Assembly: GCF_036365525.1 (NCBI RefSeq) | Contig: NC_090397.1 | Span: 54,959,522-55,023,521, forward strand | Direction: 5' to 3' | From: Heterodontus francisci | Lineage: Eukaryota | Length of the DNA: 64,000 nucleotides | Shown: piece by piece, positions 50,525-63,700 of the stretch | Layout of the letters: every line of letters begins with the position of its first letter | Position numbering within the stretch: the first letter of the stretch is position 1 | Notes under the pieces: model-generated | What the model saw: the letters and a program-made list of their open reading frames with translations, nothing else | The model's database searches: none | Told to the model about the DNA's origin: nothing | Position numbers and translations under genes: made by a program

Positions 50525-50972
50525 AGACAAACTTGCATATATACAGCACATTTCATGACCTCAGGACCTCCCATGGCACTTTACAGCCAATGAAGTACTT
50601 TTGAAGTGTAGTCACTGCTGTCATGTATGAAACAAGGCAGCCAATTGGTGCACAGCAGGATTCCACAAACAGCAATGTGATGATAACCAGATAATCCATT
50701 TTAGTGATGCTGGTCGAGGGATAAATATTGGCCAGGAAAACGTGGAGGACTGCCCTGTTCTTCTCCAAAATAGTGGGAACCCAGAAAATAGACAATACCT
50801 CAACTTAACATCTCATCTGAAAGACGGCATCTCCAACAGTGTGGCGCTCCCTCAGTACCGGACTGGGAGTGTCAAGCTAGATTGCATGCTCAAGTTTCTG
50901 GAGTGTGGTTTGAACCCACGACCTTCTGACACAGAAGCGAGTGCTGAGTACCCACTGAACCAAAGCTGACAG
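50525..50972 (-). mobile_element. Nearly complete Deu-domain tRNA SINE (SacSINE1-like)
   Basis: Reverse complement has a tRNA head with B box GGGTTCAAAC, the Deu-like core gccgtctttcagatgagatgttaag, and the tail ..tatatgcaagttt(GTCT)n. Confidence 0.8.
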
Positions 50973-51856
50973 CATGTCAATTAATAAAGAACAACTTTAA
51001 ACGACAAATCCAGGTCATTGTTAGAGACCCAGGCTTTTTCCTGCATCCACACTTGGTATTCCAGGATCCTCATCAGGAAAAATGAAGTTAATTATAGAAC
51101 ACCTCCCCCAAGCAGAAAAGTGAACCCCAGCATTCACTCGCACTGCAAATTCAACATGCTGTATATAATCTGCTTGACACTTATTCAGGGCAATGTGTTT
51201 ACCAGCAGATGTGAAATTCAATGTGGTAGAAAAACCAATTTGTGCAGAGAAATGCTGTTTTATATTTACGGTAATAGAAGAATTTATCACTGTTTAAAGA
51301 GAGCAGAGTATGACATTTACACTGGATGGAGTTGAGCAGAGAAGGAATAATAATGAGCTGCTAATCTGACCTGTTCAGATGAACAATTAACCTCTCATTA
51401 ATCTGCTGTTTAAATGTGACTTGTGTATAAAGAATGGACTGAACACAAGCCAGGGTTGCAGGAGTACAGGACAGCACCACGACCAACCCATCCCCGGAGC
51501 TACAAATTTAGCTGTTTTTCTCTTTCCTTTTGTGTCTTCAATTTTCTCTGCTTCGGATAATAGCGCTCAACAAGGATCAGTGCTGGGACCACTATTGTTC
51601 ACCACTTACATAAACAATTTGGACTTGAGTGTCTCTCAATAATTCTATATTTTTTCCATATTTTTATTTAGTGGCATCTGATTTATGCTGCTGTATATGT
51701 CAGCGAACATTTCCTTTGAACAGTTGACACTATCTGTTGTAAGTTAAGAAAGAGACACCTTGGGAGTATGCCAATGTTTACAGAGGGTTCTTGGAAGTGT
51801 GCCATTATTTGCAGGGCATCTCCAGGAGCATGCTATAATTTAGAGGACTCCCCACG

Positions 51857-51935
51857 CTGAAATGTTAACTCTGCTTCTCTCCACAGATGCTGCCAGACTT
51901 GCTGAGTATATCCAGTACTTTTTGTTTTTATTTCA
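51857..51935 (+). mobile_element. Penelope-like terminal fragment
   Basis: Reverse complement of 12022-12102 (gttaactctgcttctctccacagatgctgccagac). Confidence 0.75.
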
Positions 51936-53366
51936 CCTAGTCCCACTCCCTGGCCTTTTTCCTGTAGCGCTACAAGTTTTTCCCTTCAGATAGTTGTCCA
52001 ATTCTCTTTCAAAGGCCTCGATTCAATGCCTCCACCACACTTTCAGGCAAAGCTTTCTAGATCCTAACTACTCACTGCATAAAAATGTTTTTCCTCATGT
52101 GGTTTCTGGTTCTTTTGCCAATCACCTTAAATTGGTGTCCTCTGGATCTGGATCCTTCGGCCAATGAGATCAGTTTCTCCTTATCGACTCTGTCCAGACC
52201 CCTCATGATTTTGAACACCTCCATCAAATTTCCTCCTCTCCAATGAGAACAGGCCCAGCTTCTCCAATCCATCCATGTAACTGAATTTCCTCATCCCAAA
52301 CCATTTTCATGAATCTTTTCTGCACCCTCACTAATGCCTTTATATCCTTCCTAAAGTGTGATGCCCAGAACTGGACACAATACTCCAGTTGAGGCCGAAC
52401 AGTATTTTATACAGGTTTATCATAACTTCTTTGTTCTTGTACTCTATTTAGAAATTCCTGGATCCCATATGCTTTATTAACTGCTTTCTCAACCTGCCCT
52501 GCAACCTTCAATAATTTGTGCACATATACCCCCAGTTCCCGCTGCTCCTGCACCCACTTTAGAACTGTACCCATCAATTTATATTGCCTCTCCTTGTTCT
52601 TCCTACCAAAATGAATCACTTCACACTTTTGCACATTAAATTTCATCTGCCACTTGTCCTCCTTTTCCACCAGCATGCCTATGTCCTCTTGAAGTTTATT
52701 GCTATCCTCCTCACAGTTCACAATACTTTCAATTTTTGTGTCATCCGCAAATATTGAAATTGTGCCTTGTATGCCCAAGTCTAGGTCATTAATATATATT
52801 AAGAAAAGCAGGGGCCCTAGCACTGACCCCTGGGGAACCACACTATATGCCTTCCTCCAGTCTGAAAAAGAACCGTTCACCACTACTTTCTGTTTCTTGT
52901 CACTCAGTCAATTTTGTACCCATGCTGCTACTGTCCCTTTTATTCCATGGGCTCTAAGTTTCCTGACATTCAAATGCCTTTTGAAAGTCAATGTACACCA
53001 CATCAACTACATAGCCCTCATCAATCCTCGCCATTACCTCATCAAAAAGAAAGTTAAACACAATTTACCCTTAACAAATCAGTGCTGGCTTTCCTTAATT
53101 AATGAACATTTGTCCAAATAACTGTTCATTTTGTCCTTAATTATCGTTTCTGAAAACTTTCCCACCACCGAGATTAAACTGACTGGCCTGCAGTTGTTGG
53201 GTTTGTCTATACCCTTTTTTGAACAAGGGTGTAACATTTGCAATTCTCTAGTCCACCCAAGGAGGATTGGAAGATTATGGCCAGTGCCTCCACAATTTCC
53301 ACCCTTGCTTCTCTCGGTATCCTTGGGTGCATCTCATTTGCTCCTGGTGATGCATCAACTTTAAGT

Positions 53367-55331
53367 TCTGGTTCAAAGAAGAGTGCAGTAAGGCAGGCCA
53401 GGAGCAGCACCAGGCATACCTCAAAATGAGGTGTCAACCTGGTGAAGCTGCAACATAGGACTACTTGCGTGCCAGACTGCGTAGGCAGCTTGTGATAGAG
53501 AGCTAAGCAATCCCATAACCAACGGATCAGATCTAAGCTCTGCAGTCCTGCCACATCCAGTCATGAATGGTGGTGGATGATTAAACGACTAACTGGAGGA
53601 GGTGACTCCGCAAATATCCCCATCCTCAATGATGGGGGAGTTCAGCACATCAGTGCGTAAGATAAGGCTGAAGCATTTGCAACAATCTTCAGCCAGAAGT
53701 GCCGAGTTGTTGATCCATCTCGGACTCTTCCTGAAGTCCCCAGCATCACAGATGCCAGACTTCAGCCAATTCGATTCACTCCGCGTGATATCAAGAAATG
53801 ACTGAAGGCATTGTATACTGCAAAGGCTATGGGCTCTGACAATACTCCGGCAATAGTACTGAAGAACTATGCTCCAGAACCTGCCGCACCCCTAGCCAAG
53901 CTGTTCCAGTACAGCTATAACACTGGCATCTACTCAGCAATGTGGAAAATTGCCCGGGTATGTCCTGTACACAAAAAGCAGCACAAGGCCAATCCGGCCA
54001 ATTACCGGCCATCAGTCTACTCTCAATCATCAGTAAAGTGATGGAAGGTGTCGTCGAAAGTGCTATTAAGCGGCACTTGCTGAGCAATAACCTGCTCAGC
54101 AATGCTCAGTTTGGGTTCTTCCAGGACGACTCAGCTCCTGACCTCATTACAGCCTTGATTCAAACATGGACAAAAGAGCTGAACTCAAGAGGTGAGATGA
54201 GTGTGACTGCCCTTGACATCAAGGCAGCATTTGACCGAGTATGACATCAAGGAGCCCTAGCAAAACTGGAGTCAATGGGAATCAGGGGGAAAACCCTCTG
54301 CTGGTTGGAGTCATATCTAGTGCAAAGGAAGATGGTTGTGGTTGTTGGACATCAACTCCGCTCCAGGACATCACTGCAGGAGTTCCTCAGGGTCGTGTCC
54401 GCAGCCCAACCACCTTCAGCTGCTTCATCAATGACCTTCCTTCAATCATAAGGTCAGGATGTTCGCTGATGATTGCACAATGTTGAGCACCATTCACGAC
54501 TTCTCAGATACTGAAGCAGTCTGTGTAGATATGCAGCAAAATCTAGACAATATCCAGGCTTGGGCTGATAAGTGGCAAGCAACATTCGAGCCACACAAGT
54601 GCGAGGCAATGACCATCTCCAACAAGAGAAAAATCTAACCATCTCCCCATGACATTCAATGACATTACTATCGCTGAAGCCCCCACTATCAACATCCTAG
54701 GGATTACCGTTGACCAGAAACTGAACTGGAATAGACATATAAATACAGTGAGCAGGTCAGAGGTTAGGAATCCTGCGGCGAGTAGCTCATCTCCTGACTC
54801 CCCAAAGCCTATCCACCATCTACAAGGGACAAGCCAGGAGTGTGATGGAATACTCTCCACTTGCCTGGATGGGTGCAGCTCCAACAACATTCAAGAAGCT
54901 TGACATCATCCAGGATAAAGCAGGCCGCTTGATTGGCACCCCATCTATAAACAGTCACTCACTCCACCACCGACGCACAGTGGCAGCAGTGTGTATCGTC
55001 TACAAGATGCACTGTAGCAATGCACCAAGGCTCCTGAGATAGCACCATCCAAACCTGTGACTTCTACCAACCAGACGAACAAGGGCAGCAAATGCATGGG
55101 AACACCGCCACCTGCAAGTTCCGCTCCAAGTCAAACACCATCCTGACTTGGAACTATATCACTGTTCCTTCACTGTCGCTGGGTCAAGATCCTGGAACTC
55201 CCTTCCGAACAGCACTGTGGGTGTACCTACCTCTCATGGACTACACCACCACCTTCTCAAGGGCAATTAGGGATGGGCAATAAATGCTGGCCTAGCCAGC
55301 GACGCCCACATCTCATGAATGAATAAAAAAA
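53367..55331 (+). mobile_element. CR1/L2-type LINE nested in CR1
   Basis: KAMGSDNTPAIVLK..NPANYRP and ALDIKAAFDRV remnants, an (ATGA)n/A tail, and a 4-bp AAGT duplication at 53363-53366 and 55332-55335. Confidence 0.92.
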
Positions 55332-55568
55332 AAGTATAGTCAGTCTATCTAGTACCTCATCAATTTGTCGCCCATTCAGTGTCTCAACTAACTCCTCTTT
55401 CACTATGAATTGGGCAGCATATTCTTGCTAAGTAAAGACAGGTGCAAACTATTCATTTAGTACCTCAGCCATGTCCTGGTTTCATGCTAAATCTCTTTTT
55501 TGGTTCCTAATCGGCCCCACTCCTCCTTTTACCACCCTTTTGCTATTTATATGCCTATAGGAGACTTT

Positions 55569-56401
55569 AATCGTAAATAGTGAGGAGGAAAGCCTTAGAT
55601 TGCAGGATGATATAGGTGGGCTGGTAAGATGGGCAGAGCAGTGGCAAATGGAATTTAATCCTGAGAAGTGTGAGGTCATGCATTTTGGCAGGACTAACAA
55701 GGCAAGGGAATATACAATGGGTGGTAGGACCCTAGGAAGTACAGAGGGTCAGAGGGACCTTGGGGTACTTCCCCATAGATCATTGAAGGCAGCAGCACAG
55801 GTAGCCAAGGCATAGAATATAAGAGCAGGGAGGTTATGTTGGAGCTGTATAAAACGCTAGTTAAGCCACAGCTGGAGTACTGCGAACAGTTCTGGGCACC
55901 ACACTATAGAAAATATATGATTGCCTTGGAGAGGGTGCAGAGGAGATTCACCAAGATGTTGCCTGGGCTGGAGCATTTCAGCTATGAAGAGAGACTGAAA
56001 AGGTTAGGGTTGTTTTCCTTGGAGCAGAGAAGGCTGAGGGGGGACATGACTGAGGTATTCAAAATTATGAGGGGCATTTAGATAGTAAGAAACCTTTTCC
56101 CTTAGTGGAGGGGTCAATAACCAGGGAGCATAGATTTAAGGTAAGGGGCAGGAGGTTTAGAGGGGATTTGAGGAAACATTTTTTTACTCAGAGGGTGGTT
56201 GGAATCTGGAATGCACTGCCTGAAGAGGTGGCAGAAGCAGGAACCCTCACATTTAAGTAGTATTTAGATGAGCACATAAAACACCATAGCATAACACCAT
56301 ACAGGCCAAATGCTGGAAAATGAGATTAGAATAGTTGGGTGCTTGATGGCTGGCACAGACACGATAGGCCGAAGGGCCTGTTTCTGTGCTGTATAACTCT
56401 A
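55569..56401 (+). mobile_element. 5'-truncated CR1 nested antisense in CR1
   Basis: WAEQWQMEFNPEKCEVMHFG and LYKTLVKPQLEYCEQFWAP, with tail gaagggcctgtttctgtgctgtataactct. Confidence 0.92.
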
Positions 56402-57039
56402 TTATGTTAGCTGCTAGTCTTGTCTCAGACTATCTCTTTGCTTCTCTTATTTGCTTTTTTACTTCCCCTCTGAATCTTCTATATTCAGTCTGGTTCTCTT
56501 TATCATATGCACCTTTTTCTGCTTCATCTTACTGTCTATTGCTTTAGTCATCCAGAGAGCTTGGGATCTGTTTGCCCTACCTTTCCTCCTTGTGGGAATG
56601 TACCTTGACTACCTAAACTATCTCCTCTTTAAAGGCAGCCCATTGTTCAGCTATAGGTTTACCTGCCAACCTTTGACTCCAATTTATTTGGGCCAGATCC
56701 ATTCTTATTCCATTGAAGTTGACCCTCCCCCAATTAATTTTTACTCTGGATTTTCCCTTGTTCTTTTTCATAGCCTACCTAAACCATATGATGCGATGGT
56801 CACTGTCCCCTAAAATGCTCCCCTACTGCCACTTGATTCACTTGACCCACTTCATTCCCCAGAACCAGATCCAGCAATGCCTCCTTTCTTATTGGACTGG
56901 AAACATGCTGATGTAAAAAATTCTTAACACACTCTAGAAACTCTTACCCTTCTCTGCCCTTTACACCATTAAAATCCCAGTCTATAGTAGGATAATTAAA
57001 GTTCCCCATTATATCTGCTCTATAGTTCTTGCATCTCTC

Positions 57040-57265
57040 TAAATTTCTCGTGAATTCTTTATTGGATTTATTAGTGACGATTTTATATTTATAGCTACTA
57101 GTTCTGTTCTCCCCTGCAAGTGTAAACAACTTCTCCCTTTCACAATCTTAAAGACCTCTACCAGGGAACCCTCAGTCTTCTATTTTCTGGTAAAAAGAGC
57201 CTTAGCCTGTTCAATCGATCCTGCTAGGTTTAACCTCTCAGTTCTGGTATCATTCAAGTAAATCT
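57040..57265 (-). mobile_element. Short CR1 3' fragment
   Basis: Translates to FTLAGENRTSSYKYKIVTNKSNKEF, similar to the plus-strand fragment at 60455-60545. Confidence 0.65.
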
Positions 57266-58152
57266 ATGGGGCGGGGTGGGTGGTGGTGGATATGGTTGTG
57301 GGCTAAAATTGGAGTGCTTTCACTCTCCTCCTTGGTGTCATTACCTTACGGGAAAAATTACACCTAAGCCAATATGCTTATTGTTCATATTCATCAACTC
57401 AAATTTCAATCAGTATCTTGCCCTCGTGCTACAGCGATCCAAATGCTCTCCATACCAAACAAGGTTGGGAGACTAAAATGTATAAGTGTACTATTTGGTG
57501 TATTTCATAGCTCAAGTGGACTTTACCCATACCCACCATACACTTCACTGAAAGTTGAGTCGCAGCACTGGAGCAGTTTGCCCCCATTCATTTCTCAGCC
57601 AGGGATTGTGTTATTGACTGGTGAGTTGCTGATATAGTCCACTAGTGGAAAACAAAAAGGGATATTTGACAAATTTAATTCAGGAGAAAATAATGATGTA
57701 TGTATGTTCAATTCTTTGGTTAAATGCGAGGAATAGTCACAAAATATAATGCAATCTAATAGAACTTTCTGTCCCAAAGCAGAATCATAGCAATCAATAC
57801 AGTCAGAGCAATATTTTCACAAGGTCTTTCCTACTGTTTAGCATGCACCTTGTGGTGAAGATCACAGAGGCTGCCAAAGGAAGTGAGGTATGAACTGCAG
57901 TCACTGTTCAGACAAACAGTGCAAGACACAAGATTTAAGACCAGTCCTCTTGATCCTGTGGTGAAACATTCCCTGATCTTCATGCGAAAGTCAAGTGTAT
58001 TCCATTCGAATACTGAAAGCAAACAACTTAAAACCATTCTCTCCAACAACAGCCAAATACAGCTGTGCTTAAAGTTGCATTGCACTGGACATAACCTTTG
58101 GCAACAAGTCTGTTTGTGCTTAAGAAATAACCAAATGTTTAAGATTATGGGT

Positions 58153-60142
58153 GTCTTTTAAGAATGACCCTAGCAAAGGCCTTCCCTGTGATGCTAAGGA
58201 GTGAGATACCCCTGTAGTTGTTGCAGTCTACTCTGTCGCCTTTATTTTTGTATAGTGTTATGATCCTGGCTTCATGCACCACTGTGGAACAGAGCCTATT
58301 TTCCAGCAGAGGAGAAGGTCATAAAGGTGTGGCAATAGATGGGACTTTCAGTGCTTGAGCAGTTCGGCTCAGATTCCACCCTTACCGGGTGCCCTTCTGT
58401 TCGCTAGGCAGGTTATGGCCTTCTCGAGCTCCAGTGATTAGGGTCCTTCATCTGACTCATCCTTGATAGGAAGTTGCGGGAGCGCGTCAAGCGTGAACTG
58501 GGATATCTCCGACTCATAGAAGTAGAGCTCACAGTAGTGTTCAGCCCAGTATGACATCTGTTTACTTCTGTTGGTGACTTCAGGGGAGCAACTTTGGTGA
58601 TGACAGGGTCAAGTGTCCTCTTGATCCCTTTGTACATAGCTCGTAGATTTCCTTTGTCCCATGCAGTTCGGATTTCTTGACGTAAGTTGATCCAGTGGCT
58701 GTTTGCCAGCAGATGTATTGTGGACATGATCTTATCCATACGTCAGCTACATCAGAAGTGTAGGGAACAGAATATACCTCTTTACCTTACTTTTATAGAT
58801 CTCACTAAGGCATTTGACACCATCAGCAGACCAGGGCTCTACAAGATTTTGGGAAAGACTGGCTGTTCACTGAAGCTCCTCAGTCTTATACCCTCCTTCC
58901 ATGACCACATGCACTACACTGTACAGTTTGATGGTCCTGCTTCCGACAGTTTCCAAGTGAAGAATGGAATGAAAGAGGGTTGTGTCCTAGCCCCCACTCT
59001 GTTTGGCATCTGCTCCACGCTCCTGACCTTTGCCTTGCCTGCAGATATGCAAGTTTACTTGCACGCTAGGTCGGAGGCAAGCTCTACAATCTATCAAGGC
59101 TGAAAGCGAAGACAAAAACACATCGCGTCCTGATCACAGAACTCCTCTATGCTGATGATGCTGCGTTAGTCGCTCACATGGAAATTCAACTACAATGACT
59201 CATGGATTGTCTCTCCCATGCCTGTAACTTGTTCTCCTTGACTATAAGCGTCAAAAAAACCGTGGTCATAGGACAAGGTGTTGCATCTCTGCCCCTGATC
59301 ATACTAAACAACACCCCACTGGAAGTGATCAGCAAATTCTGCTACCTTGGGTCCACAGTGACAATCTTTCCCATGATGCACAGCTCAATACACGCATAGG
59401 GAAAGCAGCTACCACCTTTGGCCGACTCGCAAAACATGCAAGGGATAACACGAAGCTGATCCTCAGGAACAAGTTGATCGTCAATGAGACCTGTGTTCTC
59501 AGCATTTTGCTGTATGGCTGTGAAACATGGGCGATTTACAGCTACCAGGAAAAGCAGCTCAATAATTTCCATCTTCGCTGTCTGCGGTGCATTGTGGATA
59601 TATCCTGGCAGGACAAAATCACAAATGTGACAGTCCTCTCAAAGGCAGAGCGCCCAAGTGTGTTGGCTCTGATCAAACAGAGGTGGCTTCAGTGGATCAG
59701 ACATGTCTGCAGGATGGAAGACGGTTGCATACCCAAGGACCTTCTGTATGGTGAGGTAGCTGGGGCCAGACGACCAGTGCGGCACTTAAAGCTCTGCTTT
59801 AGGGATGCTTACAAGCGTGATATGAAGGCCCTAAATGTCAACTATTGCACCTGGGATTCACCCGCTGGCGAAAGAAGGAAATTGCGACACATCCTGTGGA
59901 CGGGCATGCACTACCATGGCAACCAGTGGCTACAGCAGCTTGGCCAACAGGCGCCAATACAGAAAACAACAACCCACAGCATTCCTTGGCAGCTTCATGT
60001 GTGGCACTTGTGACAGAACCTGCCTCTCAAGGATTGGCCTTCACAACCATCAGTACAGGTACACCAAGAGAAGACACCCCACCTAAATGGATTGTTGTTG
60101 CGTGTCCATCATCTTTCGTAGATGGAAGGATGCCAACAAGAC
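58153..60142. mobile_element. RTE-clade LINE with inverted 5' segment (58153 to about 58705 minus, about 58705-60142 plus)
   Basis: Minus: linker NLRAMYKGIK..APGKGGI.AELLK..ITLYKNKGDRVDCNNYRGISLLSITGKAFARVILKR. Plus: DMILSIRQL..FIDLTKAFD..LYADD..LLYGCETW..CGTCDRTCLSRIGLHNH. Confidence 0.88.
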
Positions 60143-60224
60143 TAGAGAAAAGCTTTTAAAAAACAAAATATGTTTAACAATATGTAACAATAGGCCCATT
60201 GGGATGCTCAGTCTCCTCTGTAAT

Positions 60225-60795
60225 TCAATACTGTGTACAGTGCTGGTCTACATATTATAAAAAAAGGGATATAAAGGCACTGTAGAAGGCGTGAAACAGA
60301 TTTACAACGAAGATACTAAAACTGAGGGGTTATAACTAATTAGGAAAGACTGCACCAACTGGGACTCTTCTTTAGAATTGAGAAAGCTGAGGGGTGACCT
60401 AATAATGGTTTTGATAATTATAAAGGGATCTGATAGGGTACACAGTGATAAGATGTTCACACTTGTGGGGGGATGAAAACTAGGGGTCATAAATTTATGA
60501 TAATCACTGATAAATCCAATAAGGAATTCAAGGGAAACGTCTTTATCCAAAAACTGCATATAATATCTCTATTAATAAAGGATCCCTTTTTTTTTTAAAT
60601 GGCCTTCTCAACTTGTCCTGCCACCTTCAAAGATTTGTGCACATATACCTCCAGGTTTCTCTGTTCTGCACACTCTTTAACGTTGTACCATTTAAGTTTA
60701 TAAAAAAATTATATTGCTTCTCCTCATTCTTCCCATTAAAATGCATCACTTCACACAACTCTGTTAGATTTCATCTGCCATGTGTATGCCCACTT
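60225..60795. mobile_element. Old CR1 fragments (60225-60555 +, 60565-60795 -)
   Basis: gagaaagctgaggggtgacctaat on +; ctgccaccttcaaagatttgtgcacat and aaatgcatcacttcac on -. Confidence 0.7.
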
Positions 60796-63700
60796 CATAG
60801 AAACATAGAAAATAGGAGGAGCAGGCCATTCGGCCCTTCGAGCCTGCTCCGGCATTCATTATGATCATGGCTGATCATCCAACTCAGTAACCTGTTCCCG
60901 CTTTTGCCCCATACCCTCCGATCCCTTTAGACCCAAGAGCTATATCTAACTCCTTCTTGAAAACATACAATATTTTGGCCTCAACTGCTTTCTGTGGTAG
61001 CGAATTCCACAGGCTCACCACTCTCTGGGTGAAGAAATTTCTCCTCATCTCAGTCCTGAAAGGTTTACCCTGCATCCTTAGACTATGACCCCTGGTTCTG
61101 GGCTGCCCCAACATCAGGAACATCCTTCCTGCATCTACCCTGTCAAGCACTGTTAGAATTTTATAGGTTTCTATGAGATCCCCCCTTACTCTTCTGAACT
61201 CCAGTGAATATAATCCTAACCAACTCAATCTCTCCTCATATGTCAGTCCTGCCATCCCAGGAACCAGTCTGGTGAACCTTCACTGCACTCCCTCGATAGC
61301 AAGATCATCCTTCCTCAGATTAGGAGACCAAAACTGCACATAATATTCCAGGTGTGGCCTCACCAAGGCCCTGTATAATTGCAGCAAGACATCCCTGCTC
61401 CTGTAGTCGAATCCTCTCGCTATGAAGGCCAACACACCAACTTGCCTTTTTTACTGCCTGTTGTACCTGCATGCTTACCTTCAGCGACTTGTGTACGAGA
61501 ACACCCAGGTCTCACTGCATATTCCCCTCTCAGTTTATAGCCAAATAATAATCTGCCTTCCTGTTTTTGCTACCAAAGTGGATAACCTCACATTTATCTA
61601 CATTATACTGCATCTGCCATGCATTAGCCCACTCACTCAACTTGTCCAAATCACCCTGAAGCCCCTCTGCAACCTCACATAAAACATAGTTTCAAGATGC
61701 TCTTTGCACTTTTTAATTTGCACTATTGGTAGGTAGAGGTTTTTAATCACCATTCTCACTGATGAGGTTTTCTTTTGTGTCTACTTTTGTGTCATCTGCA
61801 AATTTGGAGATATTACATTTAGTTCCCTCATCTAAATCATTAATATATATTGTGAATAGCTGGGGTCCGAGTACCGATCCCTGCAGTACCCCACTAGTCA
61901 CTGCTTGCCATTCGGAAAAAGACCCATTTATCCCTACTCTTTGTTTCCTGTCTGCCAACCAATTTTCTATCCATCGCAATACACTACCCCCAATCCCATG
62001 CGCTTTAATTTTACATGCTAATCTCTTAGGTGGGACTTTGTCGAAAGCCTTCTGAAAGTCCAAATAAACCACATCCACTGGCTCCCCCTCATCAACTCTA
62101 CTAGTTAGTAGAATTCTTGAAGAATTCTAGTAGATTTGTCAAGCAAGATTTCCCTTTCGTAAATCCAAGCCGATTCTACCACTGTTTTCTAAGTGCTCTG
62201 CTATAAAATCTTTGATAATGGACTCTGGAATTTTCCCCAACTACCGACGTCAGGCTGACTGGTCTATAATTCCCTGCTTTCTCTCTACCTCCCTTTTTAA
62301 ATTGTGGGGTTACATTAGCTACCTCCAAACTGTAGGAACTGTTCCAGAGTCTATAGAATCTTGGAAGATGATCACCAATGCATCCATTATTTCTAGGGCA
62401 ACTTCCTTAAGTACTTTGGGATGCATACCATCAGGCCCTGGGGATTTATTGGCCTTCAATCCCATCAATTTCCCCAACACCATTTCTCTACTAATACTGA
62501 TTTCCTTCAGTTCCTCTCTCTCACTAAGCCCTGTGTTCCCCAACATTTCTGGTATGATATTTGTGTCCTCCTTTGTGAAGACAGAACCAAAGTATGCATT
62601 TAATTGGTCAGCCATTTCTTTGTTCCCCATAATAAATTCCCCTGTTTCTGACTGTCAGGGACCTACATTTGTCTTCACCAATCTTTTTCTCTTTACATAC
62701 CTATAGAAACCTTTACAGTCAGTTTTTATGTTCCCCGCAAGCTTGCTCTCGTACTCTACCTTCCCCTTCTTAATCAATCCCTTGGTCTTCCTTTGCTGAA
62801 TTCTAAACTGCTCCTAATCCTCAGGTCTGTTGTTTTTCCTGGCAAATTTATATGCCTCTTCCTTGGATCTAATGCTATCTCTAATTTTCCTTGTAAGCAA
62901 TGGTTTGGCAACCTTTCCTGTTTTACTTTTGTGCCAGGACAGGGATAAAACAATTGTTGCAGTTCATCCACGCGATCTTTAAATGTTTGCCATTGCTTAT
63001 CCACCATCATCCCTTTAAGAAATGTTTCCCAATCCGTCATAGCCAACTCGCGCCTCATACCTTTGTAGTTTCCTTTACTAAGATTCAGGACCCTTGTCTC
63101 AGAATCAACTACGTCACTCTCCATCTTGATGAAGAATTCTATCCTATTATGGTCGCTCATCCCCAAGGGGTCTCGCACCACTAGATTGTCAAGTATTCCT
63201 CTCTCATTACACAATACCCAGTCTAGGATGGCCTGTTCTCTAAATGGTTCCTCAACGTATTGGTCCAGAACACCATCCCGTATACACTCCAAGAATGCCT
63301 CCTCTACGGTATTGTGATGAATTTGATTTATATGCAATCTATATGCAGATTAACGTCACCCATAATTACAGATGTTCCTTTATCACATGCCTCTCTAATT
63401 TCTTGTTTAATCCCATTCCAAACATCACCTCGACAGTTTAGGGGTCTATATACAACCTCCAGTAACGTTTTTTGCCCCTTAGTGTTTCTCAGCTCTACCC
63501 ATACAGATTCCACATCATCAGTGCTAATATCTTTCCTCACTATTGCGTTAATTTCCTCTTTAACCAGCAATGCAACTCCAACGCCTTCTGCTTTTTGTCT
63601 ATCCTTCCTAAATACTGAATACCTCTGGATGTTCATTTCCCATCCCTGGTCACCTTGCAGCCATGTCTCCATAATCCCGACTATACCATACCTGTTTACA

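Larger units (their letters stand above)
51935..57040 (-). mobile_element. CR1 LINE in three pieces (51935-53366, 55332-55568, 56402-57040) split by two nested LINEs
   Basis: [25 protein letters not shown] in the first piece. The sequence resumes colinearly after each insert, with EN remnant IMGNFNYPTIDW near 57000. Confidence 0.88.
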
